Shown: piece after piece, positions 1-9,285 of the stretch
Numbering within the stretch: the first letter of the stretch is position 1
Layout: each line of letters opens with the position of its first letter
Assembly: GCA_963777895.1 (NCBI GenBank)
Contig: CAVZSF010000005.1
Span: forward strand, 1,159,949-1,223,948
Direction of reading: 5' to 3'
Length of the DNA stretch: 64,000 nt
From: an uncultured Thermoleophilia bacterium
Lineage (GTDB): Bacteria > Actinomycetota > Thermoleophilia > UBA2241
Position numbers and translations under genes: made by a program
The notes under the pieces: generated by a model
Told to the model about the DNA's origin: nothing
Databases searched by the model: none
Seen by the model: the letters and a program-made list of their open reading frames with translations, nothing else

Positions 1-578
1 GCGTCATCGGCGTGGTCATGATCGTGGCTTGGTACTTCCTGCTCTTCAGCCCGCAGCGCGATGACCTGAAGAGCCTCGACGACCAGATCAGCGCCAACGA
101 GAGCGCGCTCTCGCAGGCGCAGCAGGAACTGGCGCGGTTGCAGAGCTACCAGAAGACCGCGCCCCAGGCCGAGGTCGACATCGTGCGCGTCAGCAAGATG
201 CTGCCCGAGGATGAGGCCATCCCGTCCATGATCGTCGAGTTGACGAAGACGGCCGAAGAGTCGGGCGTTACGGTGAACAGCATCTCGCGCGGCGCCACGG
301 CCCCGGGCACACCCTTCGGCATCCAGTCGGTCACCCTGCAGATGGGCGGCCGCTTCTTCGACATCGAGGACTTCCTCTATCGCCTCGAAGACTACGTGCG
401 TTTCCAGAACAAGACCTTCAGCGTGACGGGGCGCCTCGTCCAGGTGGCCAACGTCACCCTGACAGGCACGACGACCGCGACCACATCGGGCTCGCCTCCG
501 CTGACCGTCGCGGTGACGCTCAACGCCTACCTCTGGGGTGGGTCCAGTACCACGGCCGCCACGGGAGGTACGCCATGA
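1..578 (+). CDS. pilO: Type IV pilus assembly protein PilO-like, truncated at the 5' end by the window edge
   Basis: The reading frame is open back to position 1 and begins inside a hydrophobic helix (VIGVVMIVAWYFLLF). This is followed by a coiled-coil segment (QISANESALSQAQQELARLQ) and a C-terminal domain typical of PilO. Confidence 0.5.
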   Translation, partial: VIGVVMIVAWYFLLFSPQRDDLKSLDDQISANESALSQAQQELARLQSYQKTAPQAEVDIVRVSKMLPEDEAIPSMIVELTKTAEESGVTVNSISRGATAPGTPFGIQSVTLQMGGRFFDIEDFLYRLEDYVRFQNKTFSVTGRLVQVANVTLTGTTTATTSGSPPLTVAVTLNAYLWGGSSTTAATGGTP

Positions 579-1378
579 TGACCTCCAAGCGCATCGTCCT
601 GATCGTCCTCGCCGCGCTCGTCGTCGGCACGATCGCCGCGGTGGCCGTGGCGGGGCTGGGCAGCAACGCGCCGGCAAGCTCCGGCACGAGCGGCGGTTCC
701 GCGATCCTCGCCGAAGACACGACCACGGCGCAGGGCGACGTGGCCAGCGCGACGCTGACCGACCCGGCAAAGCAGCAGCCCACGCTCGACAAGTTCGAGA
801 GCAAGGACCCGTTCATCCCGCTGACCGTCGCCTCCAGTGGCGGCACGGACGGCACGGGCGGCAGCGACGGCGGTTCGACGCAGCCCGACAGTGCGGTGGT
901 CAAGGTCAACGACGCCAAGTACACGGTGAAGGTCGGCAGCAAGGTGTCGATCTTCACCATCGAGAGCATCAGCACGAGCGGCGTCACGTTCGCACTGCCC
1001 GAGGGTCGCCAGTTCTCGGATGGCAGCAGCTCGGTCGTGGTCGGTGTCGGCGAGACCGTCCAGGTGACCAGCGAGGACACCGGCAAGAAGTACGACCTCA
1101 CGGTCGTGAGCCTCGGCTATCCGGACGGCAGCAACGGCAGCGGCGGGACGAGCGGCCACACGATCTCCGTCGTGAGCATCAGCGAGCAGAACGGCGTCGC
1201 CATGTGCACCCTCGAGGTGGACGGCAAGACGTACGCCGACAAGGAAGAGGGCGACACGTTCGACACCGATTGGGGTCAGATCAAGATCATCACCATCAAC
1301 GTGGGCGCCCAGACCGTCACCGTCATGCACGGGGACGCGACCATCACCCTGCACGCCGGCCAGGTCGTCACGAAGTAA
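575..1378 (+). CDS. Membrane-anchored hypothetical protein with a Gly/Ser/Thr-rich linker and a C-terminal beta domain; possibly pilus-associated (PilP-like)
   Basis: It has an N-terminal transmembrane helix (IVLIVLAALVVGTIAAVAVAGL), overlaps the pilO stop codon (ATGA), and contains a low-complexity region (GGTDGTGGSDGG). Confidence 0.35.
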   Translation: MMTSKRIVLIVLAALVVGTIAAVAVAGLGSNAPASSGTSGGSAILAEDTTTAQGDVASATLTDPAKQQPTLDKFESKDPFIPLTVASSGGTDGTGGSDGGSTQPDSAVVKVNDAKYTVKVGSKVSIFTIESISTSGVTFALPEGRQFSDGSSSVVVGVGETVQVTSEDTGKKYDLTVVSLGYPDGSNGSGGTSGHTISVVSISEQNGVAMCTLEVDGKTYADKEEGDTFDTDWGQIKIITINVGAQTVTVMHGDATITLHAGQVVTK

Positions 1379-1401
1379 GGCTGACTGTGCAGGAGCGTTG
1401 T

Positions 1402-1440
1402 GAGGCGGGGCGGCCGTGAGGCCGCCCCGCCTCGTTTTGC
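1402..1440 (+). terminator. Rho-independent terminator closing the pilus gene block
   Basis: A perfect 14 bp GC stem (gaggcggggcggcc / ggccgccccgcctc) with a 4 nt loop (gtga) is followed by GTTTTGC. Confidence 0.7.
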
Positions 1441-1529
1441 ATTCTGAGCGCTCGGCTGCGCGTGAGTCGGCAGAGGGATCGCAGGCGTTCCTTCTTTGCG
1501 CCACCGCGGCAGTTGGGTAAGGTTGGGCC

Positions 1530-2739
1530 ATGAGTCGTCTTCGCTGGCTGACAGCAGGGGAATCGCATGGACCTCAGCTCACCGCCATCCTCGATGGATG
1601 TCCGGCGCGAGCTGACGGTCGCCCGGGAGGCGATCGACGCGCAGCTCGCGCGGCGTCAGAAGGGCTACGGCCGCGGTGAGCGCCAGTCGATCGAGAAGGA
1701 CACGGTCGAGATCGTCGGGGGCGTGCGGCACGGGTACACGACGGGCGCTCCCATCGCTCTGGTGATCCGGAACCGCGACGCCGCGAACTGGGGCGACGTG
1801 CTCGCGCCCGACGCGCCGCCGGCAGGCGGGTCAGTGGCCGCGCCGAGTGGGACGCCGGCGCACGACTTCGGCGCCGGCGCCGGCCGTGTCGCGATCCCGC
1901 GTCCTGGGCACGCCGATCTCGGCGGCGCCCTTCTCTACGACCACGAAGACATCAGGGACGTCATCGAGCGCGCCAGCGCACGCGAGACCGCGGCGCGGGT
2001 CGCGTGCGGTACGGTCGCCCGAGAGCTGCTCGCCGCGGTCGGATGCCGGATCGGCAGCCACGTCGTGGCCATCGGCGAGGTGGCGTCGTCCGCGACCTTG
2101 TCCGAGGCCGGCCTGGCGCACACCGACGACGACCCTGTGCGGTGCCTGGACCCGGAGGCCGCGGCCGCGATGCGGGCCCGCATCGACGCCGCGGCCGCCG
2201 CGGGAGACACGGTCGGTGGGGTCGTCGAGGTCGCCGTGTTCGGCTTCCCGCCGGGCGTCGGTTCCTACATCCAGGGTGACCAGCGGCTGGGCTCGCGCCT
2301 CGCCGCCGCGGTGCTGAGCGTCCCGGCGATGCGCGGCGTCGAGATCGGCCTGGGCTTCCACGCCGCGCGCCTGCCGGGCTCTCAGGCCCACGACCCGATC
2401 ACCTGGGACGCCGCCCAGGGCTACTCGCGCATCAGCAACAAGGCGGGTGGCATCGAGGGCGGCATCTCGACGGGGGCGCCGATCGTGCTGCGCGCCGCGA
2501 TGAAGCCGATCTCGACGCTGCGGCGTCCGCTGGCCACGGTCGAACTGGGCACGCATGAAGCGGTCGAGTCGCGCTACGAGCGCGCGGACGTCTGTGCGGT
2601 GCCCGCCGCGGGCATCGTGCTCGAAGCCGTGATCGCCCTGACGCTCGCCGACGCCCTGATGGACCGGTTCGGCGGCGCGACCGTCGCCGATGTCATTGGT
2701 GCGATCGAGGCGTTCAGGGCGCGCGTCGGCGACCGGTGA
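1530..2739 (+). CDS. aroC: Chorismate synthase, with an apparent frameshift near position 1605
   Basis: The conserved N-terminus MSRLRWLTAGESHGPQLTAILDGCPA is read from the ATG at 1530 in frame 0. The rest of the protein (ELTVAREAIDAQLARRQ...GGISTGAPI...) is in frame +1 (ORF 1567..2739). Confidence 0.85.
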
Positions 2740-3314
2740 ACGGCCCCTCGCGAGGTGAACGAGGCGACCCGCGTCATCGCGGGGCACGCTCGGCCCCTCA
2801 GACGCTGGTCATCGTCGGCTTCATGGGTAGCGGGAAGAGCTCGGTCGGTCTCGCCGTGGCCGCACGTCTTGGACTGCCCTTCGTCGACAGCGACGTCGTG
2901 ATCGAGGAACGCCACGGGACGATCCCGGCGATCTTCGCGAGTCAAGGCGAGGCCGGCTTCCGCGAGCTCGAACGGGACGTGGTCCTCGGGCTGCTCTCGG
3001 CCTTGAAGGAGAGGCCGCTGGTGCTCTCCCTCGGGGGCGGCGCGGTGACGGATGCCGAGATGCGCGCGGCGCTGCGCGCCGCGCGCGTCGTGTGGCTCAC
3101 CGCGCCGCCCGATGTGCTCTGGGGGCGAGTGACGCGCGCAGAGGCCGGCCCGATGCCTCTACGGCCGCTCGCCGGCGACGAGGCGGCCTTCCGGCGGCTG
3201 TTCGCGCAGCGCGAGACGCTGTACCGTGGCGTGGCGGACGTCGCCATCGACGCGGACCGGCCGCTCGCCGACGTCGTCGACGACGTTGTGGCGAGCCTGA
3301 AGAGTGAGAGATGA
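2736..3314 (+). CDS. aroK: Shikimate kinase
   Basis: It carries the P-loop GFMGSGKSSVG and an Arg-rich lid. The start is a GTG that overlaps the aroC stop; a later start is possible. Confidence 0.85.
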   Translation: MNGPSRGERGDPRHRGARSAPQTLVIVGFMGSGKSSVGLAVAARLGLPFVDSDVVIEERHGTIPAIFASQGEAGFRELERDVVLGLLSALKERPLVLSLGGGAVTDAEMRAALRAARVVWLTAPPDVLWGRVTRAEAGPMPLRPLAGDEAAFRRLFAQRETLYRGVADVAIDADRPLADVVDDVVASLKSER

Positions 3315-3326
3315 CAGGAGGGCACG

Positions 3327-4481
3327 ATGCAGCGCCTGCTTGCTGATCTGCCGTCGCGGAGCTACGAGGTCCTGGTCGGGGCGGGAGCCCTGGCCACGCT
3401 GGGTGACGAGCTCGCGAAGCGGCGCCCCGGTGGACAGGCGGTGCTCTGCACCGATGCCAACGTGGCGCCGCTCTACCTTGAACAGGCACGCGCGAGTCTC
3501 GCAGGTGCGGGCTACGTCGTGTCCCACATCGTCGTGCCGCCGGGCGAGTCCGAGAAGAGCCTGGACCGCGCCGCCGAGCTGTACGGCGTGCTGTACGACC
3601 GCGGCGTGCGTCGCGGCGACACGCTTGTGGCCCTCGGCGGAGGCGTCGTCGGCGACCTCATCGGCTTCGTCGCCTCGACCTTCCTGCGTGGCGTCGGCTT
3701 CGTGCAGGCCCCGACGACGCTGCTCGCCCAGGTCGACGCCTCGCTCGGTGGCAAGGTGGCGGTCGACTTCCGCGCCGGCAAGAACTACGTCGGCACCTTC
3801 TACCAGCCGCATCTCGTGGTCACCGACCTGACGGCGCTGCGCACGCTGCCGCAGCGCGAGTTGCGCAGCGGCGCCGCCGAGGTGGCCAAGTATGGCTTCC
3901 TCGCCGGTGGCTGGCTGCTCGAGCTCGTCGAGGTGATCGGCATCGATAGGGAAGCGGCAACGCTGCCGTCGGATGGTCTCGACCCCGATCCCGGTGAGAC
4001 GTCCGACGCGCCCGCCGTCCTGCGTCCCGAGGAGTTCACCGAGGAGCTCATCGCCGCCTGCGCCTCCGAGAAGCTCGACGTCGTCGGGTTCGACGAGCGC
4101 GAGGAGACGGGCCAGCGGGCAGTGCTCAACCTCGGCCACACGGTCGGGCATGCGATCGAGGCGGCGACCGGCTTCCGGAAGTACACGCACGGGGAAGCGG
4201 TCGGCCTGGGCCTGCGTGCCGCGCTTGTGCTGTCGCACCGGCTGCACGGTCTCGAAGAACCCGAGATGGACCGCGGCCTGCACGTGCTCGATATCCTTGG
4301 GCTGCCGCGCATCCTGGAAGGAGCGAGCCCCGCCGAGGTCTGCGCTCTCACGGCACGCGACAAGAAGGCCGGCGAGGAAGGCATCGAGTTCGTGCTCCTC
4401 GAGGCGTTCGGTAGTCCGCGCCTGCGGAGCCACGTACCCGCGCGACTTCTGGAGGAGGTCGTGACGAGGCTGGCGACGTGA
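3327..4481 (+). CDS. aroB: 3-dehydroquinate synthase
   Basis: The protein contains GGGVVGDLIGFVASTF and LGGKVAVDF. Confidence 0.9.
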   Translation: MQRLLADLPSRSYEVLVGAGALATLGDELAKRRPGGQAVLCTDANVAPLYLEQARASLAGAGYVVSHIVVPPGESEKSLDRAAELYGVLYDRGVRRGDTLVALGGGVVGDLIGFVASTFLRGVGFVQAPTTLLAQVDASLGGKVAVDFRAGKNYVGTFYQPHLVVTDLTALRTLPQRELRSGAAEVAKYGFLAGGWLLELVEVIGIDREAATLPSDGLDPDPGETSDAPAVLRPEEFTEELIAACASEKLDVVGFDEREETGQRAVLNLGHTVGHAIEAATGFRKYTHGEAVGLGLRAALVLSHRLHGLEEPEMDRGLHVLDILGLPRILEGASPAEVCALTARDKKAGEEGIEFVLLEAFGSPRLRSHVPARLLEEVVTRLAT

Positions 4482-5008
4482 GGCAGGCCGGCGACGTGAG
4501 GCAGGCCGGCGGCGGGGACGGCGTGCGCGGGGCCGGGGCAAACGGCGAGCTCTGGGTGCTGCATGGCGTGAACCTCGACATGCTCGGCCGCCGTGACCCG
4601 GCGCAGTACGGGACCGAGACACTCACAGAGCTGGAGCGCCGCGTCACGCGACACGCGGAGCGCCGCGGCTTCGAGGTGCGCACCTTCCAGACGAACTTCG
4701 AGGGCGAGATGGTCGAGCAACTGCACGCGCTGGCGGTGGAAGGCGCCGGGGCGGTGATCATCAACCCCGGCGCCTGGACGCACTACAGCTACGCCATCCG
4801 GGACGCCCTCGAGATGGTGCGCGCGCCGGTCGCCGAGGTGCACCTCTCGGACATCGAGCATCGCGAGGAGTTCCGCCGTACATCGGTCCTCGCCGACATC
4901 GTCACCCTGCGCGTGAGCGGGAAGGGCGTGGACGGGTATCTGGAGGCCGTGGACAGGCTTGCCGATATGGCGCTCGGAACGAAGGACGAGAAGGAGGGCC
5001 AGCCATGA
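4478..5008 (+). CDS. aroQ: Type II 3-dehydroquinate dehydratase
   Basis: The protein contains LWVLHGVNLDMLGRRDP and INPGAWTHYS. Its GTG start overlaps the aroB stop, and the N-terminus sits inside an 18 bp tandem duplication. Confidence 0.85.
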   Translation: MRQAGDVRQAGGGDGVRGAGANGELWVLHGVNLDMLGRRDPAQYGTETLTELERRVTRHAERRGFEVRTFQTNFEGEMVEQLHALAVEGAGAVIINPGAWTHYSYAIRDALEMVRAPVAEVHLSDIEHREEFRRTSVLADIVTLRVSGKGVDGYLEAVDRLADMALGTKDEKEGQP

Positions 5009-6096
5009 GCGACGGTGCGGACAGGCTGCAGCGTGCTCGCGACCTGCTCGCAGGCCTGGGCGTCGACGCGGTGATCGTGAGCAACGCCGCCGACGTGCGC
5101 TACCTCTCGGGCTTCCGCGGCGAGGACGCGACCCTCGTCCTGGGGCATCAGGTCGCCCTGATCGTCACCGACTCGCGTTACGTCGAGCAGGTGCACGAGG
5201 AGGTCACGGGTTTCGATCTCGTCGCGCGAGAAGGCAGGAAGGGGCTGCTCGCCGAGACCGCCGCCGCTGCGGCGGCGGCCCTGGGCGAGCAGCACAACCT
5301 CGGCTATCAGAGTGGCGCGATCAGCCACGCGGCCTATCGCGATCTGCGGCGCGCCCACAGCGGCCGCCTGCGGGACGTTCGCGGCCGCGTCAGCAGGCTG
5401 CGCATGGCGAAAGACGAAGGCGAGGTCGACGCCATCCGGCGCGCCTGCGCGCTCGTCGACCTCGCCCTCGCCGTCGTGGTGGCCGAGGGTCTCGTCGGGC
5501 GCGCCGAGAGCGAGGTCGTCTGGCGGCTGCGCGAGGAATATCAAGACGGCGGCGCCGAGGACGAGTCCTTCGCGACGATCGTGGCGGCGGGCGACCATGG
5601 GGCGCAAGGCCACGCCATACCGGGCGACCGCCGCATCAAGGCGGGCGAGATGGTCGTGGTCGACACCGGCGCGCGCGTGGACGGCTACTGCAGCGACATC
5701 ACGCGCACCTTCGCGGCCGGGACGGCCAGCAAGAAGCTGCGCCGCCTCTACGACATCGTCCTGGAGGCGCAGCTCGCCGGACTGGCCGCGGTCCGCGCCG
5801 GCGCCGACGGCCGGCGCGACGTCGACGCCGCCGCTCGCGCCGTGATCGAGCGGGCCGGCTACGCCGATCGCTTCGGCCACGGCACGGGTCACGGCGTCGG
5901 CCTCCAGATCCACGAGGCTCCCGCGTTGGGGCGCACGCAGGGCGATCGCCTCGCTGCGGGCATGGTGTGCACCGTCGAGCCCGGCATCTACATCGAGGGC
6001 GAGGTCGGCATCCGCATCGAGGACACCGTGCTGGTCATGGCGGACGGCGCCGAGGTCCTGACGGCCTACCCGAAGGAGCTGCAGGTCACGGACTGA
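5005..6096 (+). CDS. pepQ: Xaa-Pro aminopeptidase/dipeptidase (M24B family)
   Basis: It has the creatinase N-terminal domain plus HGTGHGVGLQIHE and a metal-binding DTG motif. It lies between aroQ and efp, as in actinobacteria. Confidence 0.85.
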   Translation: MSDGADRLQRARDLLAGLGVDAVIVSNAADVRYLSGFRGEDATLVLGHQVALIVTDSRYVEQVHEEVTGFDLVAREGRKGLLAETAAAAAAALGEQHNLGYQSGAISHAAYRDLRRAHSGRLRDVRGRVSRLRMAKDEGEVDAIRRACALVDLALAVVVAEGLVGRAESEVVWRLREEYQDGGAEDESFATIVAAGDHGAQGHAIPGDRRIKAGEMVVVDTGARVDGYCSDITRTFAAGTASKKLRRLYDIVLEAQLAGLAAVRAGADGRRDVDAAARAVIERAGYADRFGHGTGHGVGLQIHEAPALGRTQGDRLAAGMVCTVEPGIYIEGEVGIRIEDTVLVMADGAEVLTAYPKELQVTD

Positions 6097-6167
6097 GTGA
6101 GCGCGGGACCGTCGTCACGTGCCTCCGGCGCATTCCCTCCGTCGTCACCGTCCTCTCCGCGCTTTCA

Positions 6168-6201
6168 TGGCCAATTGGACAGGATTCTGTCCAATTGGCC
6201 A
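6168..6201. promoter_or_regulatory. Perfect 15 bp inverted repeat with a 4 bp spacer (TGGCCAATTGGACAG gatt CTGTCCAATTGGCCA) upstream of efp
   Basis: The palindrome is read directly from the sequence and is AT-rich compared with its surroundings. About 40 bp downstream lies a -10-like TGTATCAT (6241..6248) that precedes the efp ribosome-binding site GGAGGA. Confidence 0.4.
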
Positions 6202-6352
6202 AGGTGACTGCAGGCGGCTTCCCGGCCTCCACAGCCGTGCTGTATCATCAGCGTTCACGCGCGCGGCGGGCACAGCCGCCGGCCGCCAGAGCGGCCGGCG
6301 GGCAGGACCCGCCGGGATGCCGCCACAGACCAGCGGAGGACCGTAGCGACCC

Positions 6353-6919
6353 ATGGCTGACGTAGTCTCGACCAATCAGTTCAAGAGCGGCATGGCGATC
6401 GAGATCGACGGCGAGCCGTACACGATCGTCGAGTCCCAGCATGTGAAGCCCGGCAAGGGCGGCGCCTTCGTGCGCACCAAGGTGCGCAGCATCAAGACGG
6501 GCAACGTCCTGGACAAGACCTTCAGGGCCGGGGAGAAGTTCACCCGCATGGACACGCGCTCGCGCTCGCTGCAGTACCTCTACTCGACCGACACAGAGGT
6601 CGTCCTGATGGACACCGACACGTACGAGCAGCTGTCGGTGTCCCCCTCGATGGCGCAGGAAGCGCTCAAGTGGGTCGTCGAGAACATGGAGGTCCAGGTC
6701 TTCTACCTGAACGGCGAGCCTATCGACGTGGAAGCCCCGACGACCGTCGAGCTCACCATCACGCACACCGAGCCCGGTCTGCGCGGCGATACCGCCCAGG
6801 GCGGCTCGAAGCCGGCCACCCTCGAGACCGGCGCCAGCATCCAGGTACCGCTCTTCATCGACCAGGGCGAGCGCATCAAGGTCGACACCCGCACGGGCGA
6901 GTACCTCAGCCGCGCCTGA
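6353..6919 (+). CDS. efp: Elongation factor P
   Basis: The protein contains KPGKGGAFVRTKVRSIKTGNV. Confidence 0.95.
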   Translation: MADVVSTNQFKSGMAIEIDGEPYTIVESQHVKPGKGGAFVRTKVRSIKTGNVLDKTFRAGEKFTRMDTRSRSLQYLYSTDTEVVLMDTDTYEQLSVSPSMAQEALKWVVENMEVQVFYLNGEPIDVEAPTTVELTITHTEPGLRGDTAQGGSKPATLETGASIQVPLFIDQGERIKVDTRTGEYLSRA

Positions 6920-6940
6920 GGCGGCTGCGAGAGGAGAGCC

Positions 6941-8794
6941 ATGCGAGCCAGACGCGTCCGCATCACCGACACGACACTCAGGGACGGACACCAGTCGCTC
7001 TGGGCGACGCGCATGCGCACCAGCGACATGCTGCCGATCCTCGAGGCCATGGACGACGTCGGCTTCAACTCGCTCGAATGCTGGGGCGGCGCCACCTTCG
7101 ACGCCGCGTTGCGCTTCCTCGACGAAGACCCTTGGGAGCGTCTGCGCCTCATCAAGAAGCATGTGCTCCGCACGCCGCTGCAGATGCTGCTGCGCGGCCA
7201 GAACCTCGTCGGCTACCGCCACTACGGCGACGACATCGTGCGCCGCTTCGTCTACAAGGCCGCCGAGAACGGCATGGACATCTTCCGCGTCTTCGACGCG
7301 CTCAACGACATCCGCAACTTCGAGACAGCCGCGGCGGCGATCAAGGAGACCGGCAAGCACTTCCAGGGCGCCGTGGTGTACACGATCTCGCCGGTGCACT
7401 CGCTCGACCACTACGTGACCGTCGCCCGCGAGCTCGTCGCGATGGGCGCCGACTCGATCTGCATCAAGGACATGGCGGCCTTGCTGAGCCCGTTCTATGC
7501 GGAGCAGCTGATCGGGCGCCTCAAGGCCGAGATCGACGTCCCCATCCAGCTTCACTGCCACTACATCGGCGGGCTCGCCCCGATGACCTACCTCAAGGCC
7601 ATCGAGGCCGGCGTGGACGTGATCGACACGGCCACCGTGCCGCTCGCCTTCGGCAACTCGCAACCGGCCACCGAGATGGTGGTCACGGCGCTGATCGGCA
7701 CGCCCTACGACACCGAGCTGGATCTCGAGAAGCTCTTCGAGATCGCGAAGTACTTCGAGGGCGTGCGCAAAGAGACGACCCACGACCGCGGCGTCACCTC
7801 GCTCACGCACATGCAGGTGTACTCGCACCAGGTGCCGGGCGGCATGATCAGCAACCTCGAGAGCCAGCTCAAGGAGCAGAACGCGCTCGACCGTATGCCC
7901 GAAGTGCTCGAAGAGATCCCCGTGGTGCGCGCCGAGATCGGCTTCCCGCCCCTGGTCACGCCGATGTCGCAGATCGTGGGCACGCAAGCCGTGCTCAACG
8001 TTCTCTCGGGGCGCCGCTGGCACATCGTGCCCGACGAGATGAAGCAGTACCTGCGCGGCAGGTACGGCGCCGCCCCGGGACCGGTCTCGCAGGAGATCCT
8101 CGACCGTGTTCTCGAGGGCGAGCAGCCCATCCACGTGCGGCCGGCCGAGCTGGTCACGGAGACGCTCGAGGACTACCGCGAGGAGATCGGCGACCTGGCG
8201 CGCTCCGAGGAGGACCTGCTGAGCTACGCCCTCTTCCCGCAGACGGCGCGCGCCTACCTGGAGCGGCATCGGGTGGGCCTCGAGGCCGACGTCTTCGGCA
8301 TCCACGAGCGCTACCTCGCCTCGCAGCCGGGCGCCGCCCTCAAGCAGGAGACCGCCGACCGCGTGCGCGACATCCTCGAGCTCGTGGAGCAGAGCGACCT
8401 GGATGAGGTCGTGATCGAGGAGGGCGACCTGCGCATGACCGTGCGGAAGGCGGCGGAGCCGGCGGCGGCGCCGCAGGCCGCCGCCCCACCCGCCGCCCCG
8501 GCAGCGCCGTCCGCGGCTCCGATCGCCCACGGCGAAGGCGGCTCGTCGAACGGCTACCACGTGGTGCGTTCGAAGTGGGTCGCGACCTTCTACCGTTCGC
8601 CCTCGCCGCAGTCTCCCGTCTTCGTGGAGGTCGGCGACCGGGTCGAGGCCGGCCAGACGCTCTGCATCCTCGAGATGATGAAGATGATGAACGAGCTGAC
8701 GGCCGACGTCGCGGGCGTGGTGCGCGAGATCCTCGTCGAGAACGGCGCGACCGTGCAGTACGGCCAGCCGCTGTTCCACATCGAACCCGCCTGA
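6941..8794 (+). CDS. Biotin-dependent carboxyltransferase fused to a biotinyl carrier domain (pyruvate carboxylase subunit B / oxaloacetate decarboxylase alpha-like)
   Basis: The N-terminal domain is of the HMGL type (RITDTTLRDGHQSLWATR). The C-terminal domain is biotinyl/lipoyl-like (EMMKMMNELTA...PLFHIEP). Confidence 0.8.
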   Translation: MRARRVRITDTTLRDGHQSLWATRMRTSDMLPILEAMDDVGFNSLECWGGATFDAALRFLDEDPWERLRLIKKHVLRTPLQMLLRGQNLVGYRHYGDDIVRRFVYKAAENGMDIFRVFDALNDIRNFETAAAAIKETGKHFQGAVVYTISPVHSLDHYVTVARELVAMGADSICIKDMAALLSPFYAEQLIGRLKAEIDVPIQLHCHYIGGLAPMTYLKAIEAGVDVIDTATVPLAFGNSQPATEMVVTALIGTPYDTELDLEKLFEIAKYFEGVRKETTHDRGVTSLTHMQVYSHQVPGGMISNLESQLKEQNALDRMPEVLEEIPVVRAEIGFPPLVTPMSQIVGTQAVLNVLSGRRWHIVPDEMKQYLRGRYGAAPGPVSQEILDRVLEGEQPIHVRPAELVTETLEDYREEIGDLARSEEDLLSYALFPQTARAYLERHRVGLEADVFGIHERYLASQPGAALKQETADRVRDILELVEQSDLDEVVIEEGDLRMTVRKAAEPAAAPQAAAPPAAPAAPSAAPIAHGEGGSSNGYHVVRSKWVATFYRSPSPQSPVFVEVGDRVEAGQTLCILEMMKMMNELTADVAGVVREILVENGATVQYGQPLFHIEPA

Positions 8795-8808
8795 CGGCGA
8801 GGCCAGCG

Positions 8809-9285
8809 GTGAGCGCCCGCCCGAGCCGCAAGCAGGCGCGCCGGGACGCGCTCTTCCTGCTCTACCAGCTCGACCTCACCAGGCAGCCGCTCGACGAGCT
8901 CGTCGAAGGTCACCGCCTGCGCGAGGGCTACCGCCCGGACGACTTCACCTTCCTCCTCGTAAAGGGCGTGATGCAACGCGGCCCGGAGTTGGACGCGCGC
9001 CTCGAGGCCCAGTCCCACGAGTGGCCGCTCTCGAGGATGGCGCCCTTGGAGCGCAGCGCGCTGCGTCTGGCGCTCTTCGAGATGCAGAGCGGCCTCACGC
9101 CGGCGGCGGTGGCGATCGACGAGGCCGTCCGGCTCGTGAAGCGCTACGCCACCGAGGAAGCGGGCGGCTTCGTCAACGGGATACTTGGGGGCATCGTCCG
9201 GCAGGACGGCGTGTCGCCCGACGGCGAGAGCGGCTCTGGCGGCGAAGACGGAGGGCACGAAACGGACGGGGAGGGAGATGGCTGA
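8809..9285 (+). CDS. nusB: Transcription antitermination factor NusB
   Basis: The protein contains SRKQARRDALFLLYQLDL. I placed the start at GTG 8809; the longer ORF beginning at 8575 overlaps the upstream gene. Confidence 0.85.
   Translation: MSARPSRKQARRDALFLLYQLDLTRQPLDELVEGHRLREGYRPDDFTFLLVKGVMQRGPELDARLEAQSHEWPLSRMAPLERSALRLALFEMQSGLTPAAVAIDEAVRLVKRYATEEAGGFVNGILGGIVRQDGVSPDGESGSGGEDGGHETDGEGDG

Noticed and set aside
6248-8779. Very long antisense ORFs (6248..8779, 10206..13070, 16894..19914, 21499..23244, 27888..30041, 33365..35221 and others, 500-1000 aa each)
   Set aside because: Their translations are Arg/Gly/Ala/Pro-rich nonsense with no recognisable motifs, and they lie opposite well-supported genes. 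They are stop-codon-poor shadows typical of 70% GC DNA.
8575-8808. N-terminal extension of the nusB ORF
   Set aside because: It overlaps the 3' end of the carboxyltransferase gene in another frame and is Arg-rich nonsense. The conserved NusB sequence starts at GTG 8809.
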